Shown here in pieces: positions 28,121-37,422 of a stretch of DNA of 64,000 nucleotides. Each line of letters opens with the position of its first letter. Position 1 is the first letter of the stretch. The notes beneath the pieces were generated by a model, which did not search any database, was not told the DNA's origin, and was given only the letters and a program-made list of their open reading frames with translations. The DNA comes from Thermoplasmatota archaeon (lineage in GTDB: Archaea; Thermoplasmatota; Penumbrarchaeia; Penumbrarchaeales; Penumbrarchaeaceae): positions 23,815 through 87,814 of the forward strand of contig JBLIRH010000002.1 of NCBI GenBank assembly GCA_049472215.1. Direction: 5' to 3'. The translations under genes were made by a program, and so were the position numbers.

Positions 28121-30076
28121 CTACTGGAAGCTTACACCGCAGCTCGGGCAGGATGCAGCATCCTCTTCTATGACCGCACTGCAGTTTGGACATTCCAAAG
28201 CCAGTTCGAACTCCGCACCGCAGTTGCTGCACCTCGAATCGTAGGGTCCGAGGGGGGCGCTGCACTCGGGACAGACGTCGCCGATCTCCTCCTCTGTCCG
28301 CTCCATTTCGTCAATGAGAAGCTCGAGGTCCTGGACCTCCTGCATCTCGGATTCCTCGGGAAGCCCCATGAGGTCCTTTGATGCGGCGGGAAAGGCCGAT
28401 TCCTCGATCTCGTCCATCAGGTCTTCATCGAACTCGTCCTCGAGGTCTTCCTCGTATTCTTCTGCAAGCGACGGAGCCATCTCCGGCACCATAGGTGCTT
28501 CCAGGGGTCCTTCATCGAACTCCTCGGGTGGCTGCGGGGCAAGTTCCTCCGGTATCTCCTCCTCTGCTTCGCCTCCGCGCATGACATAGAACACCACGGC
28601 CCCCACTATCGCGAGGATCACCACGATGATCAGTATTATCATCCAGACCGGAGGTCCGTCGGTCCCCTCGCTCTCGGTGACCTCTATCGTGATCTGTGAC
28701 TGGTCCGTTCCACCTTCACCGTCGGTGACGACCACTGTGAACGTATACGTGCCCGGTTCGAAATCGCCGAGGTCAACGATCACGGTCGATGTGCTGCCCG
28801 TCCATCCGGTGTTCGGGGTGACGGACCACGCATACGCAAGAGTGTCGCTGTCGGCATCGGATGCAGCCACCGTGAATTCAAGGTCCTTGTTCTTTGGTAT
28901 CCTTGTGGCAGAGGGTGAGATGTCATGAATGACAGGATGATGGTTCGTCACACCGGAATCGTACGGGTCAGTATCCTGGTCGTTCGGAATACCGTCACCG
29001 TCAATGTCCCCGTCGTTGTCCGTGAAGAGACCGTCACCGTCGATATCCAGCTCCACAACTTCGCCCATCGTTGGCGGAAGTTGTCCTGAGTAAGCAAGCT
29101 GCGAAGCCAAAATGGTCACCCAATCGGAGCTGGGTTGCCCGGGATCGATCGTACCCGTGATGTACTTGACCATGTCAAGGGTGAACTGTCCGCCGCCGCT
29201 GCCGATCGCCCTTATCACGGGATTCACTATCGTGGCATCCAGAGGGGCCTCGATAACGGCAACTATGGATCCGCCGGAGGATCTATATTTAACGCCATGG
29301 TCGGATGTTTTGAAGTCAGAAGCTCTTGTTCCGGAACCGAACAGCATCGAGCCCCCGTATTCAATATCGAGATCGGCGTTGGTGCCTGTGAGCTCGAAGA
29401 GATAGAACTCGAAATCGGCATCGATCACGAGATATGGATACGGAAACGGAGCGACGGAGTACCTGTTCGATGGACCGACGGTCTCCGTCTGTTCGTCGGA
29501 TACCTGAAGATTGATCGCCTCCGTCCCCATCTTTACGCCGGGGGTCGTCGGGGCGTTGAAATCAAGTGTTATCGTTATCCCTTCGCTGATACCGAGGTTC
29601 TCGTTATGGTCGAGGGCATCATCGATGTTTCCAGCAACATCGTACTGGGCGGAACCTCCGAAGACCCTGCCGGGCAGATCGTCCCTGGCATAGACCTTCG
29701 CAACATCCTCGCTTGTCTTGGAAAAGTCCCATTCATGTGTGAAAAGGGGGTCGAACCACTCAGCTGTGGCATTCAGGACCTCGCCGCCCGGGATGGTGAT
29801 GTAGACCGTGTCAATATCATTATCCTGGTCGTTGTTCGTTACCGTGAAATCGAGGCTGGCCTCCTGACCGGCACCGAATATCAGCAGGTCAGAAGGGAAC
29901 TCGGGAATGGCAAGGTGCCCCTGGTTCCTCTCCATCACCACGGTGAAATCGTCCTGACCGAAATCGTGACCTACCGTGCCGTGGGGCCTGTCAAGATATG
30001 CAACCGCCCCGAAGGCGGCAAAGAACAGCACCGCGGCAATGCCGACGATCAGCTTCTCCCTAAGTTTCCCATCCAT
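28121..30076 (-). CDS. Type I membrane protein with a PKD-containing ectodomain, a TM helix, an acidic cytoplasmic linker and a C-terminal double zinc ribbon
   Basis: 651 aa with a signal/anchor (LIVGIAAVLFFAAFGAVAYL), a Ca-binding-like DIDGDGLFTDNDGDIDGDGIPNDQD and a PKD-like TLAYAWSVTPNTGW...TFTVVVTDGEGG. The TM helix is VWMIILIIVVILAIVGAVVFYV, followed by a Glu/Asp-rich ~90 aa. The C-terminus is CPECSAPLGPYDSRCSNCGAEFELALECPNCSAVIEEDAASCPSCG (four CxxC pairs). Confidence 0.7.
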   Translation of the reverse strand: MDGKLREKLIVGIAAVLFFAAFGAVAYLDRPHGTVGHDFGQDDFTVVMERNQGHLAIPEFPSDLLIFGAGQEASLDFTVTNNDQDNDIDTVYITIPGGEVLNATAEWFDPLFTHEWDFSKTSEDVAKVYARDDLPGRVFGGSAQYDVAGNIDDALDHNENLGISEGITITLDFNAPTTPGVKMGTEAINLQVSDEQTETVGPSNRYSVAPFPYPYLVIDADFEFYLFELTGTNADLDIEYGGSMLFGSGTRASDFKTSDHGVKYRSSGGSIVAVIEAPLDATIVNPVIRAIGSGGGQFTLDMVKYITGTIDPGQPSSDWVTILASQLAYSGQLPPTMGEVVELDIDGDGLFTDNDGDIDGDGIPNDQDTDPYDSGVTNHHPVIHDISPSATRIPKNKDLEFTVAASDADSDTLAYAWSVTPNTGWTGSTSTVIVDLGDFEPGTYTFTVVVTDGEGGTDQSQITIEVTESEGTDGPPVWMIILIIVVILAIVGAVVFYVMRGGEAEEEIPEELAPQPPEEFDEGPLEAPMVPEMAPSLAEEYEEDLEDEFDEDLMDEIEESAFPAASKDLMGLPEESEMQEVQDLELLIDEMERTEEEIGDVCPECSAPLGPYDSRCSNCGAEFELALECPNCSAVIEEDAASCPSCGVSFQ

Positions 30077-30244
30077 CGAAACTTCTCCTTTGCGAGGTCG
30101 TCCTTGTATCTATGTATAGTATACTCTCGGACGACGGCCTATTCACAGGAGGTATAAAAAACCTTTCCATTCCATTATCACCAGGAAGCAATCACTGGAT
30201 AACAACCCTGTGATAGTTCTGTGATATTTCTGGCCCCCGGTATC

Positions 30245-30499
30245 CTAAGCGCCCTGGAGTATGAAATATACCTTCCTGATAACGATGAACGTGAATATGA
30301 ACAGGAAGGTGTAGATGAAGAAGTTCACCCTGTCCTTCAGGGGTTTGGACGTGTAGGCATCCGTCAGCTCCCTGAGAACGAGAATGCCAAGAAGGATGAG
30401 GACGAAGAAGACCTCCAGGGATTCAACGAAAACAAGGCAGATCGAGGTCCATACCGCAAGTGCGAGAACAAGCTTGGATTCAGGCCGCAGGTTCACCAC
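30245..30499 (-). CDS. Small multi-TM membrane protein
   Basis: ORF 30245..30658 trimmed to the in-frame GTG at 30499/30496, which overlaps the upstream stop (GTGGTGA). It has two or three hydrophobic helices (LVLALAVWTSICLVFV, FFVLILLGILVL, FFIYTFLFIFTFIVI). Confidence 0.4.
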   Translation of the reverse strand: MVNLRPESKLVLALAVWTSICLVFVESLEVFFVLILLGILVLRELTDAYTSKPLKDRVNFFIYTFLFIFTFIVIRKVYFILQGA

Positions 30500-31284
30500 C
30501 TCTCCAGTTTGTAGGTCACTTTGCCGTCTTTGTGTTCGACCGATGCGATCCGCAAAGGACTCCTTGAGATCCTCGCCGAGGCCGAAAGCACGGCCGAGCA
30601 GCCCGGACAACCCACGGTCGCATGAAGCCTTTCGTCCTCCTTCCACGCTTCCTCGCATACTTCCCTGAACCGTGAATGGGTTATCTCGATGAAGATGTCG
30701 ACACCCTTGGTCCTTGCCGAGATCGACCCGATGAGACCCGTCCCCTTCGACAGCCTTTCGAGGGTCTCGTTCAGATCTGACAGGTTCTCTTCCGAGAACC
30801 TCTTTCCGGAATCCTTCTCGATCCGGTCGACCATTCCGGAGCCAGGCGGGATCATTGAAACTCCCATGGACGATCCCGTGGTCCCGACGATGAGGACCTG
30901 TTCCGAGACCAGTTTTGGAAGGGGAAGGGGGCGCTCCTCGGCAGGTATGTAGACCCTCTCCTGCTTGAGCCTCCCCCCGACCGGTATGTAGATGCCGTTG
31001 CCTTTCAGCTCGAGCGACCCTAGCAGCCTCCCCATGTTCCTGTCCTGATCTAAAAGCAGAGGGTCGACCATTTCCTTGGGAACTGTCCTGAACGAGAACA
31101 GAAAGAGCATCAGGATCCCGATCAGGAAAGTACCGAACCCAGCCCTTAGAACGAATTCGGCCGCCTTGTCAGCGATGCCAATGTCGGCGAAGGGAACGAT
31201 CTTACCGGATATCAGGACCATGGCGAGGCCCGACAAGGCTAGCGCGATGCCGCCCAACCTCAGCAGGACCTCTTTCTTGTCCAT
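30493..31284 (-). CDS. Membrane protein with a soluble C-terminal domain, function unknown
   Basis: 263 aa with two N-terminal TM helices (LGGIALALSGLAMVLI, FGTFLIGILMLFLFSF). The C-terminal domain contains CPGC. I recognise no family. Confidence 0.45.
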   Translation of the reverse strand: MDKKEVLLRLGGIALALSGLAMVLISGKIVPFADIGIADKAAEFVLRAGFGTFLIGILMLFLFSFRTVPKEMVDPLLLDQDRNMGRLLGSLELKGNGIYIPVGGRLKQERVYIPAEERPLPLPKLVSEQVLIVGTTGSSMGVSMIPPGSGMVDRIEKDSGKRFSEENLSDLNETLERLSKGTGLIGSISARTKGVDIFIEITHSRFREVCEEAWKEDERLHATVGCPGCSAVLSASARISRSPLRIASVEHKDGKVTYKLERW

Positions 31285-31415
31285 CGACCCAACTATGCCC
31301 TTGCTGTAGATAAACGTGTCGAAACCTTTATGTCAGGAGATAATCTCACCTTTCAATTAGAAAGCCAGCTTCCCGGGTAGTTGACGGGATACGTGCTGGT
31401 GGGTCTGGTGCCGGA

Positions 31416-32531
31416 ATGATAGAACAGGTCAGGACCGCATACAGGTACCTACTGGTGATGGGTGCAGGACTGGTCCTCCTGATGTTCTCCGTAATGGTAC
31501 CTGTTCTTTCCTCGGATGCCGATTTCTCGATCTACAACACCGGCTGGAACGGTTGCTCCGAGATCGGAAGGGACACCTATTCCACCGGGTCCTTCATACC
31601 GACCATAGACCTGTCAGCCTCCTCTAGTGAGAGGGTCGTCCACAACTCATTTTCGGAACTCGAGGGAGGCCTGAGACCTTCACGTTCGGCACTGCTGATA
31701 ATCGGTCCCGACGGATCTTTCTCGAAGGAGGAAGGGAAGTTCGCCGATTCGTTCCTCAACGACGGGGGCTTGATCCTCCTGGCGGATGATATCGGAACCG
31801 GGAACGAGCTGCTCTCCTACCTCAACACCTCCACAAGGATATCCGAGAGGACCCTTCTCGATCTGTCATTCATGAAGAGCAGCAAGTTCTCCGTGACAAC
31901 GGAGTTCTCCGACCACGATATCACGAGGAACCTGACCATGCTCCTGATGAACCTGCCCTCAACGGTAATACCATCCGAGAGGGCATTCCCGGTCGTGAAT
32001 TCTTCCAGGACATCATGGCTGAGCCTTGACGGGGACGGTATCTGGGACGAAGGGGAGCCACTGGGACCTTTTCCATTGTTGACGATCGAGAGGTACGGAA
32101 GGGGGACGCTTATCGTTCTCTCGGAGCCAAGCCTTCTCATCAATCAGATGCGCGGCGAAATGGACAACGGGATCTTCGTCGGCAACCTCATCGAATTCAT
32201 CTCACGGGACAGGGAGAACATCATTGTGGACGAATCCCACAGGGACCTCACGAACCCGGTCCAGTTCACGAACTCGTTCGTGGCGGGTATGGACCCGTAC
32301 CAGAAAGTCGGGGTCCTGGTAGCGATCTCAGTGATCTTCATGATCCTGAACACATCCTATCCGAGAACGGTCCTCGGATCGCTTCGAAGGCTCATCGACA
32401 GGCTTCTATCGGAGAAGAGGGTTGTGCCTGGTGAACAAAGGCCTCCCATTGAGGCTGTCATGGAAGCACATCCGGACTGGGACCGAAGGGTGCTGGAGAG
32501 ATTGATCAAGGACATCGAGGGAGCTACATGA
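31416..32531 (+). CDS. DUF4350-like membrane protein (MoxR-associated)
   Basis: 371 aa with an N-terminal TM helix (YLLVMGAGLVLLMFSVMVPVL) and a C-proximal TM helix (VGVLVAISVIFMIL). Its stop overlaps the start of the MoxR gene (32528-32531). The layout is typical of DUF4350 partners of MoxR ATPases. Confidence 0.5.
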   Translation: MIEQVRTAYRYLLVMGAGLVLLMFSVMVPVLSSDADFSIYNTGWNGCSEIGRDTYSTGSFIPTIDLSASSSERVVHNSFSELEGGLRPSRSALLIIGPDGSFSKEEGKFADSFLNDGGLILLADDIGTGNELLSYLNTSTRISERTLLDLSFMKSSKFSVTTEFSDHDITRNLTMLLMNLPSTVIPSERAFPVVNSSRTSWLSLDGDGIWDEGEPLGPFPLLTIERYGRGTLIVLSEPSLLINQMRGEMDNGIFVGNLIEFISRDRENIIVDESHRDLTNPVQFTNSFVAGMDPYQKVGVLVAISVIFMILNTSYPRTVLGSLRRLIDRLLSEKRVVPGEQRPPIEAVMEAHPDWDRRVLERLIKDIEGAT

Positions 32532-33475
32532 GCACGGCTTCGCAGGAACTATACACAAAGGTCAGAGATGAGACATCAAAGGTCATCATCGGTTATGAGG
32601 ACATAATCGAGGACTTCCTGATCTGTCTATCGGCAGGGGGGCATATTCTACTGGAGGGTGTCCCGGGGATCTCCAAGACGACGCTTGCGAAGACCCTTTC
32701 CGACGTGGTCGGCCTCTCCTTCAAGAGGATACAGTTCACCCAGGACCTCCTTCCCGCGGACATTACCGGCCATTATTTCTACAACCAGAAGGAGCAGGAG
32801 TTCCAGTTCAGGAAGGGCCCCATATTCGCCAATGTCATCCTGGCGGACGAGATCAACAGGGCCCCGACCAAGACGCAGTCCGCACTCCTGGAAGCTATGG
32901 AGGAGAAGCAGGTTACGGTTGAAGGTACAACCTTCAAGCTCCAGGAGCCTTTTCTCGTGATGGCGACCATAAACCCGGTCGAACATGAGGGGGTCTACAC
33001 GCTGCCCGAGGCCCAGCTCGATCGTTTCATGATGAAGGGAATCATGGATTACCTACCGATGGAAAAAGAGCTGAAGCTCCTCGAGTTGAAGAACAAGGAA
33101 TGGAGGAGGCAGAACCACAGGCCCCTGAACGAGGATGTATTCAACATCCTTATCAGCGAGGTCCATTCCTGCAGAGCAGACGCGACGATCCTGGCCTATA
33201 TAAGGGATATTGTGAGGGAGACAAGGCTGGACGAACAGATCATACTCGGAGCCAGTCCGAGGGCGGGGGAGCAGATCCTATACGCTTCAAAGGCTGCCTC
33301 CGTCCTTTCCGGAAGGAACTACGTGATCCCCGACGATGTGAAGAAAGTTGTCAGAAAGATGATCCCGCACAGATTGACACTTTCCCTCGACAGCGAGCTC
33401 GAGGGTATATCGTCGGCCAAGGTCACGGAGGATATTCTTTCAAGGGTCGAGGTCGTGAAGCCCCAGGGGGCCTGA
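32528..33475 (+). CDS. MoxR-family AAA+ ATPase
   Basis: GHILLEGVPGISKTTLAKTLS is Walker A and ILADEINRAPTKTQSALLEAMEE is Walker B plus sensor. TFKLQEPFLVMATINP and LDRF are also present. Confidence 0.85.
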   Translation: MSTASQELYTKVRDETSKVIIGYEDIIEDFLICLSAGGHILLEGVPGISKTTLAKTLSDVVGLSFKRIQFTQDLLPADITGHYFYNQKEQEFQFRKGPIFANVILADEINRAPTKTQSALLEAMEEKQVTVEGTTFKLQEPFLVMATINPVEHEGVYTLPEAQLDRFMMKGIMDYLPMEKELKLLELKNKEWRRQNHRPLNEDVFNILISEVHSCRADATILAYIRDIVRETRLDEQIILGASPRAGEQILYASKAASVLSGRNYVIPDDVKKVVRKMIPHRLTLSLDSELEGISSAKVTEDILSRVEVVKPQGA

Positions 33476-33491
33476 AAGAAGGTGATGTGAG

Positions 33492-34841
33492 ATGGGTTCT
33501 CCGTTCCTTGCTTATGATATCAGGGGAAAGGTGGGGGAAGATATCACCGAGGAGATGGTCTACTCCATCGGCCTTGCCTACTGCGAGCTCTTCGGAACCA
33601 GGAAGGTGGTGTTGGGGAGGGACATCCGGCCCTCCTCTACCAAGCTGTCCGAGGTTCTCTCCGAAGGGCTTTCCGATGGCGGAGCGGATGTTCTCGATAT
33701 CGGCCTCTGCGGGACCGAGGTGGTGTATTTTGCCACCCCGCACCTTGATGCCGACGGCGGAATAATGATCACGGCATCCCACAATCCCAGAGGATACAAC
33801 GGGATGAAGATGGTGAAGAGGGGATCGGTCCCGATATCAAAGGACAACGGGCTCCATACCATCAAGGACATGGTAGAGAAAGGAGGACTCGGCAAGAGCG
33901 GTTCCCAAGGCTCCGTCAGAGAGGTCGACATATGGGAGCCGTATACCGGGAAGGTGCTGTCGTTCCTGAAGGACAAGGGGTCCCTGGAGGGCTTCAAGGT
34001 CGTGACCGACCCGGGCCATGGATGTGCCGGCCCCGCCCTCGACCTCGTTGCAGAGGAGACGGGATTGGTCCTCGACAGGCTGCATCACGAGCCGAACGGG
34101 ACCTTTCCGGCAGGGGTTCCGAACCCGATCCTGCCCGAGATGAGGGGGCCGATCTCGGAAAGGGTCGGAAGCACGGATGCGGGGCTGGGAGTGGCCTGGG
34201 ACGGCGATTACGACAGGTGCTTTCTTTTCGACGAGAACGGCGGTTTCACCGAGGGGTATTACATCGTCGGCCTGCTTGCCCGGAAGATGCTCGAGAGGGA
34301 GAAGGGAGGCAGGATCATTCACGATCCGAGGTTGACCTGGAACACCATCGAGATAGTCAACGAGATGGGGGGGGTTCCGGTCATGAACAAGACCGGACAT
34401 GCTTTTATTAAGGACCGGATGAGGCTGGAGGACGCCGTGTACGGCGGCGAGATGTCCGCTCATCATTATTTCAGGGATTTCTACTACTGCGATACCGGAA
34501 TGATCCCCTGGTTGATCGTTCTGGAGCATATGATCGAGACCGGAAAGGAACTTTCCGAGCTTATCGGGGAGAGGATGAGGAGGTATCCCGTAAGCGGTGA
34601 GATCAACAGGAAGGTGTCCGATCAGAAGGCCGTCATTTCGACCATCGAGGAGAAATACTCGCCGGATGCAGCGAACGTCGACCATACCGACGGCGTATCG
34701 GTGGAATACGAACATTACAGGTTCAATCTCAGGTCCTCGAACACGGAGCCCCTGATCAGACTGAATGTCGAAACAAGAGGGGATAAAAAGCTTCTTGACG
34801 AGAAGACGCGGGAGCTTCTCGACCTTATCGACAGTATGTGA
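33492..34841 (+). CDS. Phosphomannomutase/phosphoglucomutase (alpha-D-phosphohexomutase family)
   Basis: The active-site loop is ITASHNPRGYNGMK (catalytic Ser) and the metal loop is GVAWDGDYDRC. The sugar loop GGEMSAHH and the C-terminal RFNLRSSNTEPLIRLNVE are also present. Confidence 0.85.
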   Translation: MGSPFLAYDIRGKVGEDITEEMVYSIGLAYCELFGTRKVVLGRDIRPSSTKLSEVLSEGLSDGGADVLDIGLCGTEVVYFATPHLDADGGIMITASHNPRGYNGMKMVKRGSVPISKDNGLHTIKDMVEKGGLGKSGSQGSVREVDIWEPYTGKVLSFLKDKGSLEGFKVVTDPGHGCAGPALDLVAEETGLVLDRLHHEPNGTFPAGVPNPILPEMRGPISERVGSTDAGLGVAWDGDYDRCFLFDENGGFTEGYYIVGLLARKMLEREKGGRIIHDPRLTWNTIEIVNEMGGVPVMNKTGHAFIKDRMRLEDAVYGGEMSAHHYFRDFYYCDTGMIPWLIVLEHMIETGKELSELIGERMRRYPVSGEINRKVSDQKAVISTIEEKYSPDAANVDHTDGVSVEYEHYRFNLRSSNTEPLIRLNVETRGDKKLLDEKTRELLDLIDSM

Positions 34842-34852
34842 AGAGGGTTCGA

Positions 34853-35671
34853 ATGGAGAAGTTCAGGCTACTTGTTGATGAAACGGCGACCCCCTCCGAG
34901 AACATGGCAAGGGACGAGGCACTACTTAGAAGGGTGATAGCGAAGGAGTCCATGCCATGCATCCGTTTTTATCAATGGAGGCCTGCCGGACTTTCACTTG
35001 GGAGGTTCCAGAGCATCGAGAAGGGGGTCGATCTCGAGGCTTGTAATAGGTACGGGGTGGAGGTCGTGAGGAGATTGACAGGGGGGGAGGCGGTCCTGCA
35101 TGACGACGAGATCACCTATTCCATTATCGTTCCGGTGACGCATCCGAAGTTCGACGGCAAGGGGGTGGTGGACACCTACAGGACGATATCAAGGGCGCTG
35201 GTGAAGGGACTTCAGCTGACCGGGGTCGAATCCACCATGGCAGGGAGTGCCCCGACCCGTCCCGATCCTGCGGGGCAGGGGGTCTGCTTCTATACACCGA
35301 CGGTCTACGAGATAGTGGCCAAGGGGAAGAAGATCATAGGTTCCGCACAAACGAGGGAGAAACTTATCATCCTACAGCACGGATCGATCCCCATCGATTG
35401 GGATATCGACAAGCAGCTCGATGTGATGGGGATCCCCTCCGGGAACCGGGAGGTCTTCAGGGATCTCTTTACGACGAGGGCAACAACAATATCGGAACAG
35501 CTGGGGGGACGGCCGGGGTTCTATGACCTGGTCAAGAACTTCTCGAAGGGGTTCGAGGAGGTCTTCGATATGGAGCTGGAGCCGTCGGATTATTCCATGC
35601 AGGAGAGGAAGATGGCGGATTGGCTGGTGGAGAAGAAATACGCCAACGATGAATGGAACCTAAAGTTGTAG
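34853..35671 (+). CDS. lplA: Lipoate-protein ligase A catalytic domain protein (short archaeal LplA type)
   Basis: NMARDEALL, YQWRPAGLSLGRFQ, RRLTGGEAVLHDDEITYS and KKIIGSAQTR (catalytic Lys) are present. The ATG at 34853 is preferred. The ORF-track GTG at 34838 overlaps the upstream stop. Confidence 0.75.
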   Translation: MEKFRLLVDETATPSENMARDEALLRRVIAKESMPCIRFYQWRPAGLSLGRFQSIEKGVDLEACNRYGVEVVRRLTGGEAVLHDDEITYSIIVPVTHPKFDGKGVVDTYRTISRALVKGLQLTGVESTMAGSAPTRPDPAGQGVCFYTPTVYEIVAKGKKIIGSAQTREKLIILQHGSIPIDWDIDKQLDVMGIPSGNREVFRDLFTTRATTISEQLGGRPGFYDLVKNFSKGFEEVFDMELEPSDYSMQERKMADWLVEKKYANDEWNLKL

Positions 35672-36247
35672 CCCCTCGTCAATTTCCTGGAAGGTTTCAC
35701 CATCCAAACAACGTAACGAGAGCAACTCGGGTTCTGATGCAATAGCAATTCCCTTGTATCCTTTCTTCCTCCTTTTTCTGATAACAAGGAAAATGATCAG
35801 GATAATTACTGCAGAATGGAAGATAATGAATATCCAGAATGCGTCCTTTTCCCCATATTGTGTTAATTTGATCTTGTAATCCAGTCGGTCCAACGGGAAG
35901 AACTCGTTATCATTGACGACAACGATATAGCTCCTCCCCTTTGGGAGGTCCACATAGGTTTTAATGGATGATATATCATTGAAGCTCTTCTCGGGTTTGA
36001 AAAGGGCCCTATTAATGAAATTATAATATTCATCCTCTTTGAAGATGTAAATATCCATATTCTCATTCGAATCTATTCTGATGTATATCCTGTTGAATAT
36101 CCACGTCTTGAACGAATATTCCTTGTATGTCCCGATCCGAGACTCCTCATCCAGTACCTTTCTTGCGGAAATGGGGTGAGGGAGGAAAATGATGATCAAC
36201 AAAAGGACCAATGTTACTATAGCAAAGATCTTCCTTTGCATCCTCAT
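35660..36247 (-). CDS. Signal-peptide plus C-terminal-TM protein, function unknown (AT-rich gene)
   Basis: 195 aa with an N-terminal IFAIVTLVLLLIIIFL, a beta-rich middle and a TM helix (FWIFIIFHSAVIILIIFLVI) followed by RKRRKKG. Its composition is I/K/N/Y/F-rich, unlike its neighbours. Confidence 0.45.
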   Translation of the reverse strand: MRMQRKIFAIVTLVLLLIIIFLPHPISARKVLDEESRIGTYKEYSFKTWIFNRIYIRIDSNENMDIYIFKEDEYYNFINRALFKPEKSFNDISSIKTYVDLPKGRSYIVVVNDNEFFPLDRLDYKIKLTQYGEKDAFWIFIIFHSAVIILIIFLVIRKRRKKGYKGIAIASEPELLSLRCLDGETFQEIDEGLQL

Positions 36248-36331
36248 CAGATGATATTTCCATTCCCGATAATAAATACCTTATTCGTTCATGAAAGAAA
36301 GAAAATGGAAGATGGGGACAAAATATCTCGA

Positions 36332-36640
36332 TCATCCTTTCCTTATCAGGAGGACATCCCTGGCCAGCTTTTCAGGATGGTCCTCGACCTTCGATAGATA
36401 TTTTTCGATGTGCTTTTCATCTTCTATCTGAAAGTCGAAGGACGATCTGCATTTGCCGCAGGTGAATATTATCTTCAGCATGTCCTGCCCAATATCGTGG
36501 TTCATCTCTTTTATTTCCATTAGCTCGTTGTAACTGCAGATCGGACAGGGGCCGGTAAGCATCTTCAAGATATCACCTTTCAAATTCCAAATGGATATTG
36601 GATAATAAGGATTTCCGCTAAAATTTTGATCACGGACCAA
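36332..36640 (-). CDS. Small zinc-ribbon protein, function unknown
   Basis: CPICSYNE ... CGKCRSSF (two CxxC pairs). The start is uncertain and MLTGPCPIC is possible. Confidence 0.35.
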   Translation of the reverse strand: MVRDQNFSGNPYYPISIWNLKGDILKMLTGPCPICSYNELMEIKEMNHDIGQDMLKIIFTCGKCRSSFDFQIEDEKHIEKYLSKVEDHPEKLARDVLLIRKG

Positions 36641-36696
36641 GAATGTTCTCTGTCTTGCTAGGGTGGAGGTCGGTCATCCATCATCATTCCAGGAGG

Positions 36697-37383
36697 TCAT
36701 TTCGCCTCGACGTCTATCACAACATCTTCCGACCTCACCTTGTCGTAGAACTCCTTCAGATTGTCGCTTATGTGAAACTTCTTATCCATCTTGCTGTAGA
36801 TAACGTCTATCAGCAGGACCAGTGCTCCCTTTATCAGAAGATAGATGGCAGTGGACAGGGCGAGCATCACGCCTCCGATGATGAAGATGATGATGTAGGC
36901 CGCAAGATGAAAACCCGTGAACCCCGTGAAGTAGATCGATATGGAATCGGTCGTGACGACTGCGAGGATTATGAGCCCGACCACGATATCTATCTTGATG
37001 AGTCCTTCCCGGACCGGTTTGATGATGCTCTCCACCGCATCGTCCTTGAGAGCCTTTATCGGATGATAGACGATCTCCAGGACCCCCCAGAACTCCCTGA
37101 TCTCCATCCCGGTGAAGACTGCTATCCCGACGTAGATGAATCCGAAACACAGGTGGACGAGGTTCGGAACATCTATATTCCAGGGGTCGAAGAGGTCCCA
37201 TAGCAATATCGGTATGTGGATCAGGAGTGAAAGCAGCAGCAGGGGAACCCCCAGGATCAGGATCATCAGGAAAGCCGAGTGCCTCTTGGCTTTCTCTATC
37301 GGGTATCTGTCCCTGAACCTCTCGAGCATCCGGAGTATCCAGGAGAGTGATCTCACGAACGCTCCCTTTCTCCGTTTCCCCAT
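36697..37383 (-). CDS. Polytopic membrane protein, function unknown
   Basis: 228 aa with about five hydrophobic helices (AFLMILILGVPLLLLSLLIHIPILLW, LCFGFIYVGIAVF, IVVGLIILAVV, LAAYIIIFIIGGVMLALSTAIYLLI). I prefer it over the overlapping frame 36782..37393, which is Arg/Gly/Pro-rich nonsense. Confidence 0.5.
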   Translation of the reverse strand: MGKRRKGAFVRSLSWILRMLERFRDRYPIEKAKRHSAFLMILILGVPLLLLSLLIHIPILLWDLFDPWNIDVPNLVHLCFGFIYVGIAVFTGMEIREFWGVLEIVYHPIKALKDDAVESIIKPVREGLIKIDIVVGLIILAVVTTDSISIYFTGFTGFHLAAYIIIFIIGGVMLALSTAIYLLIKGALVLLIDVIYSKMDKKFHISDNLKEFYDKVRSEDVVIDVEAK

Positions 37384-37422
37384 GCCCTTTCAATTCAGGG
37401 TGGATATTTCTAACTTTTTCTT

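Noticed and set aside
29135-30157. 340-aa ORF on the + strand
   Set aside because: It is antisense to the 651-aa zinc-ribbon surface protein and has no start context or motifs.
33837-34715. 292-aa ORF on the - strand
   Set aside because: It is antisense to the phosphohexomutase gene, which has TASHNP and DGDYDR motifs.
36782-37393. 203-aa ORF overlapping 36697..37383 on the same strand
   Set aside because: This alternative frame gives an Arg/Gly/Pro/His-rich product. The other frame gives a coherent five-helix membrane protein.
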